From the NCBI GenBank assembly GCA_964496425.1, contig CAZBZO010000004.1:23118-87117 (forward strand): a stretch of DNA of 64,000 nucleotides, written 5' to 3'. The position numbers were made by a program, and so were the translations under genes. Shown piece by piece: positions 16,923 to 27,429 of the stretch. A model generated the notes under the pieces. The model was given only the letters and a program-made list of their open reading frames with translations. It ran no database searches and was not told where the DNA came from. This DNA comes from an uncultured Candidatus Saccharibacteria bacterium (lineage in GTDB: Bacteria > Patescibacteriota > Minisyncoccia > Phycocordibacterales > UBA9973). The stretch's first letter is position 1. Each line of letters opens with the position of its first letter.

Positions 16923-19900
16923 ATGAGCTCCAAATTCGTTCATCTCCACACCCACTCCCACTATTCCCTCCTCGATGGACTCTCCAAAATTCCTGACATG
17001 GTGAAGATCGCAAAAAAGGCCGGCATGACAGCGATCGCTCTCACTGACCACGGCAACATGTACGGCGCAATTGAATTTTATAAAACATGCAAAGCCGAAG
17101 GCATCAAGCCTATCATCGGGGTTGAAGCCTACATGGCCGAGCGCAGTCTTGAACAAAAAGAATCCGGCATTGATTCCCGCCGCTACCACCTCACTCTGCT
17201 CGCCAAAAATGCCGACGGCTACAAAAATCTCATTCGTCTCGTGACCATCGCCAACCTTGAAGGCTACTACTACAAGCCGCGCATGGACCGCCGAATCCTC
17301 CGCGAATATCACGATGGCATTATCTGCCTCTCCGGCTGTATGGGGAGCGAACTCTCGCAAGCTATTCTCGGTGACAATATAGAAAAAGCTGAAGCCACTA
17401 TTCTCGACTACCAAGATATTTTTGGTAAAGAAAATTATTTTTTGGAGGTGCAATGTCACCCACACGTCGAAGGCGACAAGAAGCTCCGCGACGGCATCGT
17501 TGCCCTCGGCAAAAAATTCGGTATTCCGCTTGTGGCTACGTCTGACTCACATTATCCCTGCGTCGATGATCACAAAGCCCATGAAACACTACTCGCTATT
17601 CAAACAGGCTCCGACGGCACAACAGAAAATAAATTCACCTTCGGTGTTGATGATTATTCTTTGATCGACGAAGCGGAGGCTCTCAAAACATTTGCTGAAC
17701 TCCCCGAGGCGGTAGAAAATACGATGAAGGTCGCCGACATGTGCGATATTGAGCTTGCATTGGGCTCATGGGTCTTCCCTGATCTCAATCTTCCGGACGG
17801 CCTCTCGGCGGATGAAATGCTCCACGGTCTGGCTTTTGCTGGTTTTGAAAAGCGTAATCTTGAAAAGAATCCGGAAGCGCTAGAGCGTTTAGACTATGAG
17901 CTCGGCATCATCAAAATGAAAGGCTATGCGCCATATTTCTTGGTCGTGGGAGATCTTCTGCGCTTTGCACGAGAAAGCGGTATTCTCACCACCATTCGAG
18001 GCTCGGTCGCCGGATCGCTCACCACCTATCTTCTCGGTATTACCAACGTCAATCCATTTGAATACAATTTGCCGTTTGAACGCTTCCTCAATCCCGAGCG
18101 TCCCTCACCACCTGATATCGATATGGACTACGCCGATAACAGACGCGACGAAATGATTGAATACGCCAAGCAGAAGTACGGCGCTGATAAAGTGGCTCAG
18201 ATCGGTACTTTCGGCACCATGATGGCTCGTGGAGCGGTGCGAGACGTGGCGCGAGCACTGGGCTATCCCTATGGTATTGGAGATCGCATCTCCAAACTCA
18301 TCCCGCTTGGTTCGCAAGGTTTTCCGATGACCATCAACCATGCTATGGAACTCGTCGATGAGCTCAAAAAAGCGTACGACAAAGAAAGTGACACTAAGAT
18401 CATTATTGATCTTGCGAAAAAACTCGAAGGCTGCGTGCGCCACATCAGCGTCCATGCCGCAGGCGTCGTGATCGCTCCGCGGCCACTTTCGGAATTCACG
18501 CCGATTCAGCTCGATCCCAAAGGCGGCAAAGTTATCACGCAATACGATATGTATTCGATCGAAGATGCTGGGCTTTTAAAATTTGATTTTCTGGGTATCA
18601 GAAACCTCGCCATCCTAGGAGATGCAGTCACACTCGTAAAAAACAGACGCGAGATTGATATTGATATTGAAAACATTCCGCTTGATGACAAGCGTACCTT
18701 TGCACTTCTTGCCCGCGGCGATACCGTCGGACTCTTCCAGTTGAATGGGTCGGGACTCACACGGTTCTTGAAAGAGCTTAAGCCGACGACGATCCATGAC
18801 ATCAACGCCATGGTGGCGCTCTATCGTCCGGGGCCGATGCAGTTTATTCCAGACTACATCGCCCGCAAACACAATGCTTCGCTCATTCATTATTTTGATC
18901 CAGCGCTTGAAAGTATATTGAAGCGGACCTACGGTATTTTGGTCTACCAGGACGACCTCCTCACCATCGCGCACGACCTGGCCGGGTACACTTGGGGCGA
19001 AGTCGATAAATTCCGCAAAGCAGTCGGTAAAAAAATCCCAGAAGAAATGGAAGCCCAACGTGAAAAATTTATTCACGGCTGCGTGAAGACTTCCGGCTGG
19101 CCGCAGAAAAAAGCTGAGCGTATTTGGACGTGGATTGAACCGTTCGCAGCGTATGGATTCAACAAGGCCCATGCTGCCTCTTACGGGCGCGTAGCGTACC
19201 AGACGGCCTACATGAAAGCCAACTTTCCTGTCGAATATATGTGTGCAATCATGACTGCCGAGAGCGGTGATACGGAAAAAGTCGCCGAAATTATTTCTGA
19301 ATGCGAAAAAATGGGCATCACGGTCTTGCCGCCTGACGTAAACGAAAGCGCTGGCGGATTTACTGTGATATCGAGCAATGACAAAAAAGATGCTGATGGT
19401 AAGCTTGGTGTCATTCGCTTCGGGCTCTATACGATCAAAAATCTCGGGACAGATATCTCCGACGCTATCATAGCCGAGCGGGTGGCTAGCGGAACATTCG
19501 CTTCCCTTGCAAACTTTATTGAGCGCATCAAACACAAAAATCTCAATAAAAAATCCCTCGAGGCCCTCATCAAAAGTGGCACCATGGATTCGTTTGGCGA
19601 ACGCGGTAAGCTTTTCGGCAATGTAGAATTTATGCTTCGCTACAACAAAGAGCTCGGCGGCAATGAAAACCAGACATCACTCTTTGGCGACATGAAGGAT
19701 GCCTCTGCTCCACTGACGCTTGAAGAACATCCTGCCGCGACCCAAGAAGAAAAGCTTGGGTGGGAAAAAGAACTCTTGGGCCTCTATGTCTCTGGCCATC
19801 CGCTTGATAAGTACAAACACATACTCTCCAAAAATCAGGTTTCGATTAAACGAATCAGAGAAGAGCTTTTAAACGGTATGCCGATTCAGATCGGGTGTAT

Positions 19901-20120
19901 TATTGAGGAAGTTAAAATTATTATTACAAAAAAGAACGACCGCATGGCGTTTCTGCGAGTCGCAGACTTCTCCGGTAGTATCGAGGGGGTGATATTCACC
20001 AAGCCGTTCAAAGAACATATGGAAATTCTTGTCGCTGACGTTTGCATCGCTCTCTCCGGCCGAGTATCCGAGCGAAATGGTGAAAAAAGTATTGTAGTAG
20101 AGATGGTGAAGAAGTTATAA
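16923..20120 (+). CDS. dnaE: DNA polymerase III alpha subunit
   Basis: PHP domain HLHTHSHYSLLDG, polymerase core and a C-terminal OB fold; 1065 aa. The ATG lies 10 nt after a tatact -10 element. Confidence 0.95.
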   Translation: MSSKFVHLHTHSHYSLLDGLSKIPDMVKIAKKAGMTAIALTDHGNMYGAIEFYKTCKAEGIKPIIGVEAYMAERSLEQKESGIDSRRYHLTLLAKNADGYKNLIRLVTIANLEGYYYKPRMDRRILREYHDGIICLSGCMGSELSQAILGDNIEKAEATILDYQDIFGKENYFLEVQCHPHVEGDKKLRDGIVALGKKFGIPLVATSDSHYPCVDDHKAHETLLAIQTGSDGTTENKFTFGVDDYSLIDEAEALKTFAELPEAVENTMKVADMCDIELALGSWVFPDLNLPDGLSADEMLHGLAFAGFEKRNLEKNPEALERLDYELGIIKMKGYAPYFLVVGDLLRFARESGILTTIRGSVAGSLTTYLLGITNVNPFEYNLPFERFLNPERPSPPDIDMDYADNRRDEMIEYAKQKYGADKVAQIGTFGTMMARGAVRDVARALGYPYGIGDRISKLIPLGSQGFPMTINHAMELVDELKKAYDKESDTKIIIDLAKKLEGCVRHISVHAAGVVIAPRPLSEFTPIQLDPKGGKVITQYDMYSIEDAGLLKFDFLGIRNLAILGDAVTLVKNRREIDIDIENIPLDDKRTFALLARGDTVGLFQLNGSGLTRFLKELKPTTIHDINAMVALYRPGPMQFIPDYIARKHNASLIHYFDPALESILKRTYGILVYQDDLLTIAHDLAGYTWGEVDKFRKAVGKKIPEEMEAQREKFIHGCVKTSGWPQKKAERIWTWIEPFAAYGFNKAHAASYGRVAYQTAYMKANFPVEYMCAIMTAESGDTEKVAEIISECEKMGITVLPPDVNESAGGFTVISSNDKKDADGKLGVIRFGLYTIKNLGTDISDAIIAERVASGTFASLANFIERIKHKNLNKKSLEALIKSGTMDSFGERGKLFGNVEFMLRYNKELGGNENQTSLFGDMKDASAPLTLEEHPAATQEEKLGWEKELLGLYVSGHPLDKYKHILSKNQVSIKRIREELLNGMPIQIGCIIEEVKIIITKKNDRMAFLRVADFSGSIEGVIFTKPFKEHMEILVADVCIALSGRVSERNGEKSIVVEMVKKL

Positions 20121-20126
20121 AAAATT

Positions 20127-20153
20127 AAGCACCAACCCATGAGGTTGGTGCTT
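20127..20153. terminator. perfect 11-bp hairpin aagcaccaacc-catga-ggttggtgctt between dnaE and the convergent ORF
   Basis: Read directly from the sequence. The A/T run lies on the 5' side, so there is a U-run for the minus-strand transcript. Confidence 0.55.
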
Positions 20154-20173
20154 CTGCGATATTGTGTTTAGTA

Positions 20174-20530
20174 TTAAGGTATCATAAATACCCTCTCTTC
20201 AATCTTCCCCTCTGGATGAACAAGAGCGAAAGCATTCGGGAAAACAGGTGTAGTATCCGATGCGTACCCAAAGTCCTTAGTTGCGACATTGTAATATGGA
20301 TAACCCTCTTTTTCCGGAACCAGGGAATATATTCGTAAAACAGTGGCTCCGTCAATCTCTTTTTCCAAATTCTCTCCATCCATTTTAAGGGGTGTAGTGG
20401 AATGGAATTGGGAGCGTGCAAGAATATATAACTTTAATGCCTCAAAATTTGCTGGGTTTTGAGTGTGCCCGGCCAAATGCGAGGCAGGAAGGTAGTGATG
20501 CGGCCTCCAGATTGCTATCAGTTTCATCAT
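20174..20530 (-). CDS. hypothetical protein
   Basis: 118-aa ORF with no recognisable motif. It is followed by the hairpin at 20127. Confidence 0.4.
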   Translation of the reverse strand: MMKLIAIWRPHHYLPASHLAGHTQNPANFEALKLYILARSQFHSTTPLKMDGENLEKEIDGATVLRIYSLVPEKEGYPYYNVATKDFGYASDTTPVFPNAFALVHPEGKIEERVFMIP

Positions 20531-20941
20531 TGTTCAGTTTTTTCAGGTGAAGAAAAGAAATTTAATATTCGTTCAATTATCTCTAGGTCGCAAAGAAGCC
20601 AGAGTGTTATAAAGCAAATTGCCAAACCCAATAGTGGATATGGTTCAAGAAATTGCTGTAAATATTCCATGAGGATTAGTTTTTAAAAAGCATGAAATTA
20701 TTTAATTTCTGTCATCTTTTGAATGCCTTTTATGAGAAAGTAAATTACCCATAGCCAAAATAAGACAGTCAATGCCCAAGAACCTTCCCATTCGGAAACG
20801 CTCCTGAAAAATTCAAGAAAACGTTCTCCCATAGTGATGATTTTTAGGTTTAAATTTTCTCTACTTTACAATAAAATTCATACAAACACAAGCATGTTCC
20901 TACCTTTAATTCAAAGACCCTTTGTGTTAGCATAAGGCAAT

Positions 20942-22720
20942 ATGGATACTGAAAAACTCTCTCATGTGCGCCATACCCTGGCCCACCTTTTAGCCCAAGC
21001 GGTACAGACTCACTATAAAGACGCCAAGCTGACGCTTGGTCCGGCGATCGACGACGGATTTTATTACGACATCGATTTTGGAGAAGATAAACTCACCGAA
21101 GACACGCTCGCAGAAATCGAAAAGACCATGAGAAAAAATCTCCCGTCTTGGACAGCATTTACTCATCAAGAAGTGAGCAAAGAAGAAGCCGAAAAGATTT
21201 TTGTCGGTAATCCATTCAAGCTCGAACTTATCAAAGAAATTGCCGAACGTGCCGCCTCCGCAGAAGGCTCCGGCGAGCCGAGGGAGAAAATTACGCTCTA
21301 CACATGCGGAGGCTTTACGGACCTCTGCCGCGGTGGGCATGCAGAAAATCCAGCCGAAGAAATTGCCCCTGACTCTTTCAAACTCGATCGTGTTGCTGGC
21401 GCATACTGGCGTGGAGATGAAAAAAATAAAATGCTGACTCGTATTTATGGTTTGGCTTTTGCATCCAAGAGCGACCTCGATGCCTATATCGTCCAACAAG
21501 AAGAAGCCAAGAAGCGTGACCACCGCAAGCTCGGGCGCGAACTTGATCTTTTTGCTTTTTCGGATCTTGTGGGAGTCGGTATGCCACTTTTTACTCCGAA
21601 AGGAAATATTGTTCGCGAAGAGATCATAGGATTTTCACGTGAACTCAACAAAGAACTTGGCTTCGGTGAAGTACATACTCCAAATATAAACAAAGCAGAA
21701 TTGTTTAAGATTTCAGGCCATTATGATAAGTATAAGGAAGATATGCTCTCAGTACGATCACAGTATGTATCAGATGAAATGTTTTTGAAGCCCATGAACT
21801 GTCCGCAACATACCCAAATATACGCATCAGCACCACGGAGTTATCGCGACTTACCGATTCGTTATTCCGATTTTGCAGTACTGTATCGAGATGAACGACC
21901 AGGAGAAATGTCGGGCTTAACACGTTTGCGGTCTTTCTCTCAAGACGATGGACACATTTTCTGCCGAGAAGATCAAATAGAAAGTGAAATTTCAAATATT
22001 CTTGCCGCTATACAAAAAGCACTTACGACGTACGGCATTGGATACTGGATGCGACTTTCCTTGCGCGATCCAAACAAAAAAGAGAAATACTTGGGCACTG
22101 ATGAAATCTGGGAAAAATCAGAAGGTCTCATGCGTACTCTCTTGACCGAAAAACAAATCACCCACAAAGAAGCACTCGGCGAGGCTGCCTTCTATGGTCC
22201 CAAAATTGACATTATGGCAATCGACGCGATAGGACGGGAATGGCAGATTTCAACTGTCCAACTAGACTTCAACCAACCAGCGCGGTTTGAGCTTGAATTC
22301 ACCGACAAAGATGGATTGCGGAAAACACCAGTGATGATTCACCGCGCTCTCATCGGCTCCCCTGATCGCTTCTTAGGTATATTGATTGAGCATTATGCTG
22401 GCGCTTTCCCTACCTGGCTCGCGCCTATCCAAGTCGCACTTGTACCGGTCAAAGAAGAGCATGAGGCTCATGCCAAGATCCTGGAAGGAAAACTTCGCGA
22501 GCATTCTATTCGTACTGAAATAGTAACCGGCAACGAAAGCCTCGGTAAGCGCATTCATGCAGCCAAAAAAATGAATACACCGTATGTGATCGTTCTCGGT
22601 GACAAAGAAGCAAGTGGCAGTCTCACCGTCGAGACGCGCACTGAAAAACTTGAAGGAGTGACGATCGAAGCATTGCTCGAACGTCTCAGTAGCGAAGTGA
22701 AAAATCGAATTTTAAATTAA
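20942..22720 (+). CDS. thrS: threonyl-tRNA synthetase lacking the N-terminal TGS domains
   Basis: Begins at the second additional domain (HVRHTLAHLLAQAV). Class II core and anticodon-binding domain are present; 592 aa. Confidence 0.95.
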   Translation: MDTEKLSHVRHTLAHLLAQAVQTHYKDAKLTLGPAIDDGFYYDIDFGEDKLTEDTLAEIEKTMRKNLPSWTAFTHQEVSKEEAEKIFVGNPFKLELIKEIAERAASAEGSGEPREKITLYTCGGFTDLCRGGHAENPAEEIAPDSFKLDRVAGAYWRGDEKNKMLTRIYGLAFASKSDLDAYIVQQEEAKKRDHRKLGRELDLFAFSDLVGVGMPLFTPKGNIVREEIIGFSRELNKELGFGEVHTPNINKAELFKISGHYDKYKEDMLSVRSQYVSDEMFLKPMNCPQHTQIYASAPRSYRDLPIRYSDFAVLYRDERPGEMSGLTRLRSFSQDDGHIFCREDQIESEISNILAAIQKALTTYGIGYWMRLSLRDPNKKEKYLGTDEIWEKSEGLMRTLLTEKQITHKEALGEAAFYGPKIDIMAIDAIGREWQISTVQLDFNQPARFELEFTDKDGLRKTPVMIHRALIGSPDRFLGILIEHYAGAFPTWLAPIQVALVPVKEEHEAHAKILEGKLREHSIRTEIVTGNESLGKRIHAAKKMNTPYVIVLGDKEASGSLTVETRTEKLEGVTIEALLERLSSEVKNRILN

Positions 22721-22742
22721 ATCCTCAGACTAATTTTTCTAT

Positions 22743-24278
22743 CTACTCGACGGGTTCCTCTTCATCCAAAAGACCGAGTTGATTGGCGCGCTCAGACAAG
22801 GCAGAATAGATATCTTGTTGCATTTTTTGTTGCAAATACGCTGAACGTTCATACCTGAAAAAAAGTACCTTCCAATACGGTATGCGTTGTGAATCTGTAA
22901 GTGTTTTAAACTCAGAAAAAAGCGTGGCAAGTGCGTTGCGCATGTTCTGCGCTATAGTATCGAGTACTTCAAACAACTCCTTATGATGAGAGAAATAAGC
23001 GCCTATCATCCGTCTGTCGCCGCTAAAGAAAATCGAGGTTAGTTTTATCGACAAATCTTCGATCTCGGGTTTGATAGTTATCTCTTTCGTAAAATAATTT
23101 TCATGAATTTGGTTAACAAGCGTTTGATTCAAATCTTCAAACTCTTCTTCCAAATTACCTAAGGAAGTATTGCTTTCTTTACTTGCATCGAAGATAGTTG
23201 CAATTTCTTTATAGTGACTACCAGGATTTCTTTCTTCTTGTTTTAATGCTTCCCGAATAATGTATGTCAGCTCATCATATAAACCATTATTCTGCAAATT
23301 GCTAAAATCAGTAGATGCAAAATTATGCTCGCCAAAAATAGTCTCGAGATTTTTTACCGTTAACCCTGAATCTGACGATGATTCATCATTTGGTGAATGG
23401 CGTAGTAGAGAGTACATATCTATTTTGTCATCAACTTTCATGTGTATTAAGTCTCTTTGGAAAAGAATATGCACCAAAGCATTGACCGTGTGGCGAGCAA
23501 TCGCTACATCACGTCTATCTTCGAAGTCATAGATATCTTTATCGGATCGCATAAATTGTCCAGCGCCTCTTGTAGACCGAGTATTTGCAGAGAGCCAAAT
23601 AGACTTCTCGTATTTACTCTGAAGATCGGCATAGTATTTTGAAATAAAATGCTCCTCGAGAACGTTTTTTGTTGATTCCCGAGTCACACGAAACATGCTG
23701 CGCATATACTCATTGTCGAGGATTTGCTCTTCTGTTTTTTCGTTTCCGCTCCCGCTTCCAACATACGCAAGTACCTCTTTTTTATCCGCAAGTTTCAATC
23801 CGAACCATTCACTCGTCGTTTGAATGCCGCTTTTACGAAGGAGCGCCAGGGCACGAAAAATATTTTCGTTGCCATGCTCTTTGGCAATGCTATTTTGAAG
23901 TATTTCAAAACCTCTCTCGTCCAATGCCGCAAGGTCGGGGTACGGTAACATCATTCTTTGTTTTTGAGATTTATCATTAAGATCATGGTCTTCGAGATCG
24001 TTTGCATGCACCAGCCAGTCATAATAATATGGCTCGCTTAGAGCAAGATTGCTACCATTTCTCCCCTCAGGGACGTGTTCAAGTATATTAACTATGTTTT
24101 TCTTAAACTCATTGGAAACAGGCTTATCACGATAATCAAACACTGATGACATATGCAATCGGTGGAGCTTTCCGACGAGATCTTGTTTTGAAGAACGCAT
24201 ACGCTCCCTAGCTTCTGGCGAAGTAAAATAGGAAGGTGGAAGAGAAAGTGTATGACTGTGGGGAAGCTGTTCGTGCAT
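22743..24278 (-). CDS. hypothetical protein, 511 aa, no recognisable domain
   Basis: Long clean ORF convergent with thrS. Acidic and helical; I see no motif. Confidence 0.65.
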   Translation of the reverse strand: MHEQLPHSHTLSLPPSYFTSPEARERMRSSKQDLVGKLHRLHMSSVFDYRDKPVSNEFKKNIVNILEHVPEGRNGSNLALSEPYYYDWLVHANDLEDHDLNDKSQKQRMMLPYPDLAALDERGFEILQNSIAKEHGNENIFRALALLRKSGIQTTSEWFGLKLADKKEVLAYVGSGSGNEKTEEQILDNEYMRSMFRVTRESTKNVLEEHFISKYYADLQSKYEKSIWLSANTRSTRGAGQFMRSDKDIYDFEDRRDVAIARHTVNALVHILFQRDLIHMKVDDKIDMYSLLRHSPNDESSSDSGLTVKNLETIFGEHNFASTDFSNLQNNGLYDELTYIIREALKQEERNPGSHYKEIATIFDASKESNTSLGNLEEEFEDLNQTLVNQIHENYFTKEITIKPEIEDLSIKLTSIFFSGDRRMIGAYFSHHKELFEVLDTIAQNMRNALATLFSEFKTLTDSQRIPYWKVLFFRYERSAYLQQKMQQDIYSALSERANQLGLLDEEEPVE

Positions 24279-24330
24279 AAAAGTATTATATGCTGTATTT
24301 TTAATTCAACATACACACGTTCGGCCTTTG

Positions 24331-24870
24331 TTACTGGCCGAGTTTTGCGGTAAGATCACGCAGCGCATTGCCACGATGGGAATAGGTGTTTTTTTCTTCA
24401 GGCGTTGACTCTGCCATGACTTTTTCTCTACCTTCTGGTACGAGGAAACAATCAAATTCAAATAGATCGACTGGTGCTGGCACAACCGTGCCATGGACGC
24501 TTCCCTCGCCGACAATAAGCGTGTCTTTGTCTTTCATGAGTGCAAGTCTACATACTGCATGAGCCTTCGTGTCAGCAAAACGACGGGACACCTCCACAGC
24601 CGGCATTGCCTCCCAAAAATCGCGCGAATATGGGCCAGGAAAACCATTGAGCTCAGCGAGATGAAAAGACACATCATCCACCAAAACTGGCTTTTGAAAA
24701 TGCTCATATGCTTGTTTTACTTTATGCGCCAAAATCTTCTCCGGTGTACCTTGGATCTCATAGGCATCAGGCACCATTCCCTGCTCGCAATCAAAAAACT
24801 CCTTGAGGTATGCCTCAAGCTCTTTGTATTTGTAGGCGTTGCCAGTGACTATGATAAGTGAAGGTTTCAT
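24331..24870 (-). CDS. rdgB: non-canonical purine NTP pyrophosphatase (Ham1/RdgB family)
   Basis: LIIVTGNAYKYKE, SHRGNAL. Confidence 0.85.
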   Translation of the reverse strand: MKPSLIIVTGNAYKYKELEAYLKEFFDCEQGMVPDAYEIQGTPEKILAHKVKQAYEHFQKPVLVDDVSFHLAELNGFPGPYSRDFWEAMPAVEVSRRFADTKAHAVCRLALMKDKDTLIVGEGSVHGTVVPAPVDLFEFDCFLVPEGREKVMAESTPEEKNTYSHRGNALRDLTAKLGQ

Positions 24871-24900
24871 AGTTGCAATCTAATAACCTTTACATGAGAA

Positions 24901-25221
24901 CTAAGAATTAAGTAGATTAAATTTTAAGCGATACTTACATGAGTCTTCAACGATGTGAAGATCATCATGTGTTGTACTGCTCTCAGCGGTACACATATTA
25001 ATTCTTTGTATGGGGCATTCTTTTGCTACCGAAAAAATAATAACTGAAAATACAATATTTGAATACTCACAAGTTTCACAAATAGATTCGCCGACTACTC
25101 CTGGACTGCACGCACAATCTGATTTTTGACAAGTAAAAAATTTAGGTTTCCCTGTTACAAGACCAGGGAGAACAAACCCGATACATATTATAACAGCTAG
25201 GACAATAATAAATATTTTCAT
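24901..25221 (-). CDS. small secreted cysteine-rich protein
   Basis: Signal peptide or TM segment, then 9 Cys in 80 aa. Confidence 0.45.
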   Translation of the reverse strand: MKIFIIVLAVIICIGFVLPGLVTGKPKFFTCQKSDCACSPGVVGESICETCEYSNIVFSVIIFSVAKECPIQRINMCTAESSTTHDDLHIVEDSCKYRLKFNLLNS

Positions 25222-25223
25222 AA

Positions 25224-27278
25224 CTAAATATCAAGCTCCGCCATCTTGGCATGGGTTTGGATGAAAGTTTTGCGTGGAGCGACTTCTGAGCCCATCAACA
25301 TATCAAATACTTTGTCAGCATCTACTGCATCAGTGATACCAACTTGCTTGAGAATACGACGAGCTGGATCCATTGTTGTCTCCCAGAGCTCTTCTGCGTT
25401 CATTTCTCCGAGACCTTTATACCGCTGGATATGAATCTTGGTAGATTTTGGTTTTCCACCCTTTGTTTCTGTTGTTTCCTCGCCGTTTTCTTCGGCCTCA
25501 TTTTCCTCACTCGAATCAGTCTCTTCTATTTCTAGATCTGGCGCATCTTTGCCGATAATACCCACTTTTTCTTCATCGCTATAAGCATAGAAAATCTCTT
25601 TGCCTTTTTTGATCTTATAGAGTGGCGGCTGAGCGATGTAAATAAATCCCCCATCGATCAGTGGTCGGAAATAGCGGTACAAAAGTGTAAGAATCAGTGT
25701 GCGAATGTGCGCACCATCCACGTCCGCATCTGTCGCAATGATGATTTTGTGGTATCGAAGACGTGAAATATCAAAAGTGTCCCCGATCGCTGTCCCCATG
25801 GCGACGACGAGATTTTTGATCTGTTCTGAGGCGAGCATCTTATCGAGACGTGCACGCTCAATGTTCAATATTTTTCCTCGAAGCGGGAGTATGGCTTGTG
25901 TACGACGATCACGGCCAGTCTTGGCTGTGCCGCCTGCAGAATCTCCTTCCACGATAAATATTTCTGACTCTGATGCATCTTTGGTCTGACAGTCAGCAAG
26001 CTTACCAGGAAGCGTCATACCTTCAAGTGCGCCCTTTCGAAGGACGGAGTCCTTTGCAGCTTTGGCAGCCTTACGAGCACGGACAGCGAGTATTGCTTTG
26101 CCGATAATAGCTTTGGCTTCTTCGGGATTTTCTTCCAAGAAATTTGAAAAAGCTTCACCGAAAACAGTGTTGGTCGCTCCTTGTGCTTCCACCGAGCCGA
26201 GCTTGCCTTTGGTCTGACCTTCAAATTGGATTTCACGAAGCTTGACCGATATCACTACCGTCAGACCTTCGAGCACGTCTTCACCGGTAAATCCTCCATC
26301 TGCTTCTTTGATATAGCCTTCCTTTTTTCCGTAGGAATTGAGAAGACGTGTGAGCGCAGTTTTGAAACCAGTCACATGCGTACCACCTTCTTGAGTATAA
26401 ATATTGTTTGCAAACGGTACGATCTTGGAAGATATATCGTCAACGTACTGAAGCGCGATCTCGACTTGAGCTCCTTCTGCTTCTTTGTCGACATAAAACA
26501 CGCTGCTGTGGATCGGCTTTTGATGATTGTTGTAAAACTTTACCAAAGACACCAAGCCACCTTCAAAATAAAATGAATGTGATGGCGCTTCAAGACCAAG
26601 CTCACTAAACCAAAACACATCGTCAAGGTCGAGCTTGCCTTCATGCTCTCGTGCATCGATGACTGTAATACGAAGACCTTTTACTAAATAGGCTTGCTGG
26701 CGAAAATGATTCACAATCGTGTTCCAATCGAATTTTACTTCTTTGAAAATTTCTATATCAGGCTTGAAGGTAATGATCGTACCACGAAGCTTTGAGCTGG
26801 CAACTTTTTTGACGGCAGCTTTTTTCTTACCTTGCGAATATTCTTGGAGATACTTGCCCCCGTCACGGTGCACCTCAGCACGGGTAAGAATCGAGAGTGC
26901 ATTCACCACAGATGCGCCGACACCATGAAGTCCTCCGGAGACTTTGTAGCCTTCCCCGCCAAATTTTCCTCCTGCATGGAGCGTGGTCATGACTGTCTCA
27001 AGCGCTGAAACTTTTGTTTTAGAATGAATATCAACAGGGATACCACGGCCATTGTCGGCAACGCGAACTCGCTCGTCTGGAAGCAAGGTGACTTCAATAC
27101 GATTACATTCGCCTGCCATCGCTTCGTCGCGAGAGTTATCAAAAATTTCCCAAATCAAATGATGGAGTCCTTCTACGCCCGTGCCGCCAATATACATACC
27201 CGGACGCTTTCGTACTGGCTCAAGACCTTCCAACACAGAAATGTCTTCTGCTCCATATGATTTCTTTTTTTCAGCCAT
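25224..27278 (-). CDS. gyrB: DNA gyrase subunit B
   Basis: GHKL ATPase, Toprim and C-terminal domain; RPGMYIGGTG..., EGDSAGG. Confidence 0.95.
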   Translation of the reverse strand: MAEKKKSYGAEDISVLEGLEPVRKRPGMYIGGTGVEGLHHLIWEIFDNSRDEAMAGECNRIEVTLLPDERVRVADNGRGIPVDIHSKTKVSALETVMTTLHAGGKFGGEGYKVSGGLHGVGASVVNALSILTRAEVHRDGGKYLQEYSQGKKKAAVKKVASSKLRGTIITFKPDIEIFKEVKFDWNTIVNHFRQQAYLVKGLRITVIDAREHEGKLDLDDVFWFSELGLEAPSHSFYFEGGLVSLVKFYNNHQKPIHSSVFYVDKEAEGAQVEIALQYVDDISSKIVPFANNIYTQEGGTHVTGFKTALTRLLNSYGKKEGYIKEADGGFTGEDVLEGLTVVISVKLREIQFEGQTKGKLGSVEAQGATNTVFGEAFSNFLEENPEEAKAIIGKAILAVRARKAAKAAKDSVLRKGALEGMTLPGKLADCQTKDASESEIFIVEGDSAGGTAKTGRDRRTQAILPLRGKILNIERARLDKMLASEQIKNLVVAMGTAIGDTFDISRLRYHKIIIATDADVDGAHIRTLILTLLYRYFRPLIDGGFIYIAQPPLYKIKKGKEIFYAYSDEEKVGIIGKDAPDLEIEETDSSEENEAEENGEETTETKGGKPKSTKIHIQRYKGLGEMNAEELWETTMDPARRILKQVGITDAVDADKVFDMLMGSEVAPRKTFIQTHAKMAELDI

Positions 27279-27388
27279 AGTTTTGGTAAATAAATGCCGC
27301 CAGAGGCGGATCCGCCTTTGGCGGAAAATAGTGTTTATAAAGGGTTTTTTCTACCCTTAGAGTATAGCATATTTACAACCACAATGGA

Positions 27389-27417
27389 AGTATGAGAAGG
27401 CAGTTTTTACCTTGCAA
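27389..27417 (-). promoter_or_regulatory. candidate gyrB promoter TTGCAA-17-CATACT
   Basis: Minus-strand hexamers with a 17-nt spacer. A second TGnTATACT element lies closer to the gene. Confidence 0.35.
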
Positions 27418-27429
27418 AATAAAGGTATT

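Noticed and set aside
16884-17465. The ORF track extends rnhB to 397 aa (16272..17465).
   Set aside because: The extra N-terminal 190 aa are antisense to the well-supported dnaE N-terminus and have no RNase HII similarity. The conserved MVHHKVIGIDEAGRGP start is at 16883.
17422-19621. Multiple ORFs of 60-306 aa inside and antisense to dnaE (for example 18615..19535, 306 aa).
   Set aside because: They lie entirely within a high-confidence 1065-aa DnaE reading frame. They have odd composition (Arg/Ser/Cys-rich) typical of antisense frames of GC-moderate genes.
20833-20941. Possible T-box or leader upstream of thrS.
   Set aside because: Only about 110 nt are available. There is no specifier-loop or T-box (AATTAGGGTGG-like) sequence, and ThrS here lacks the N-terminal domain involved in autoregulation.
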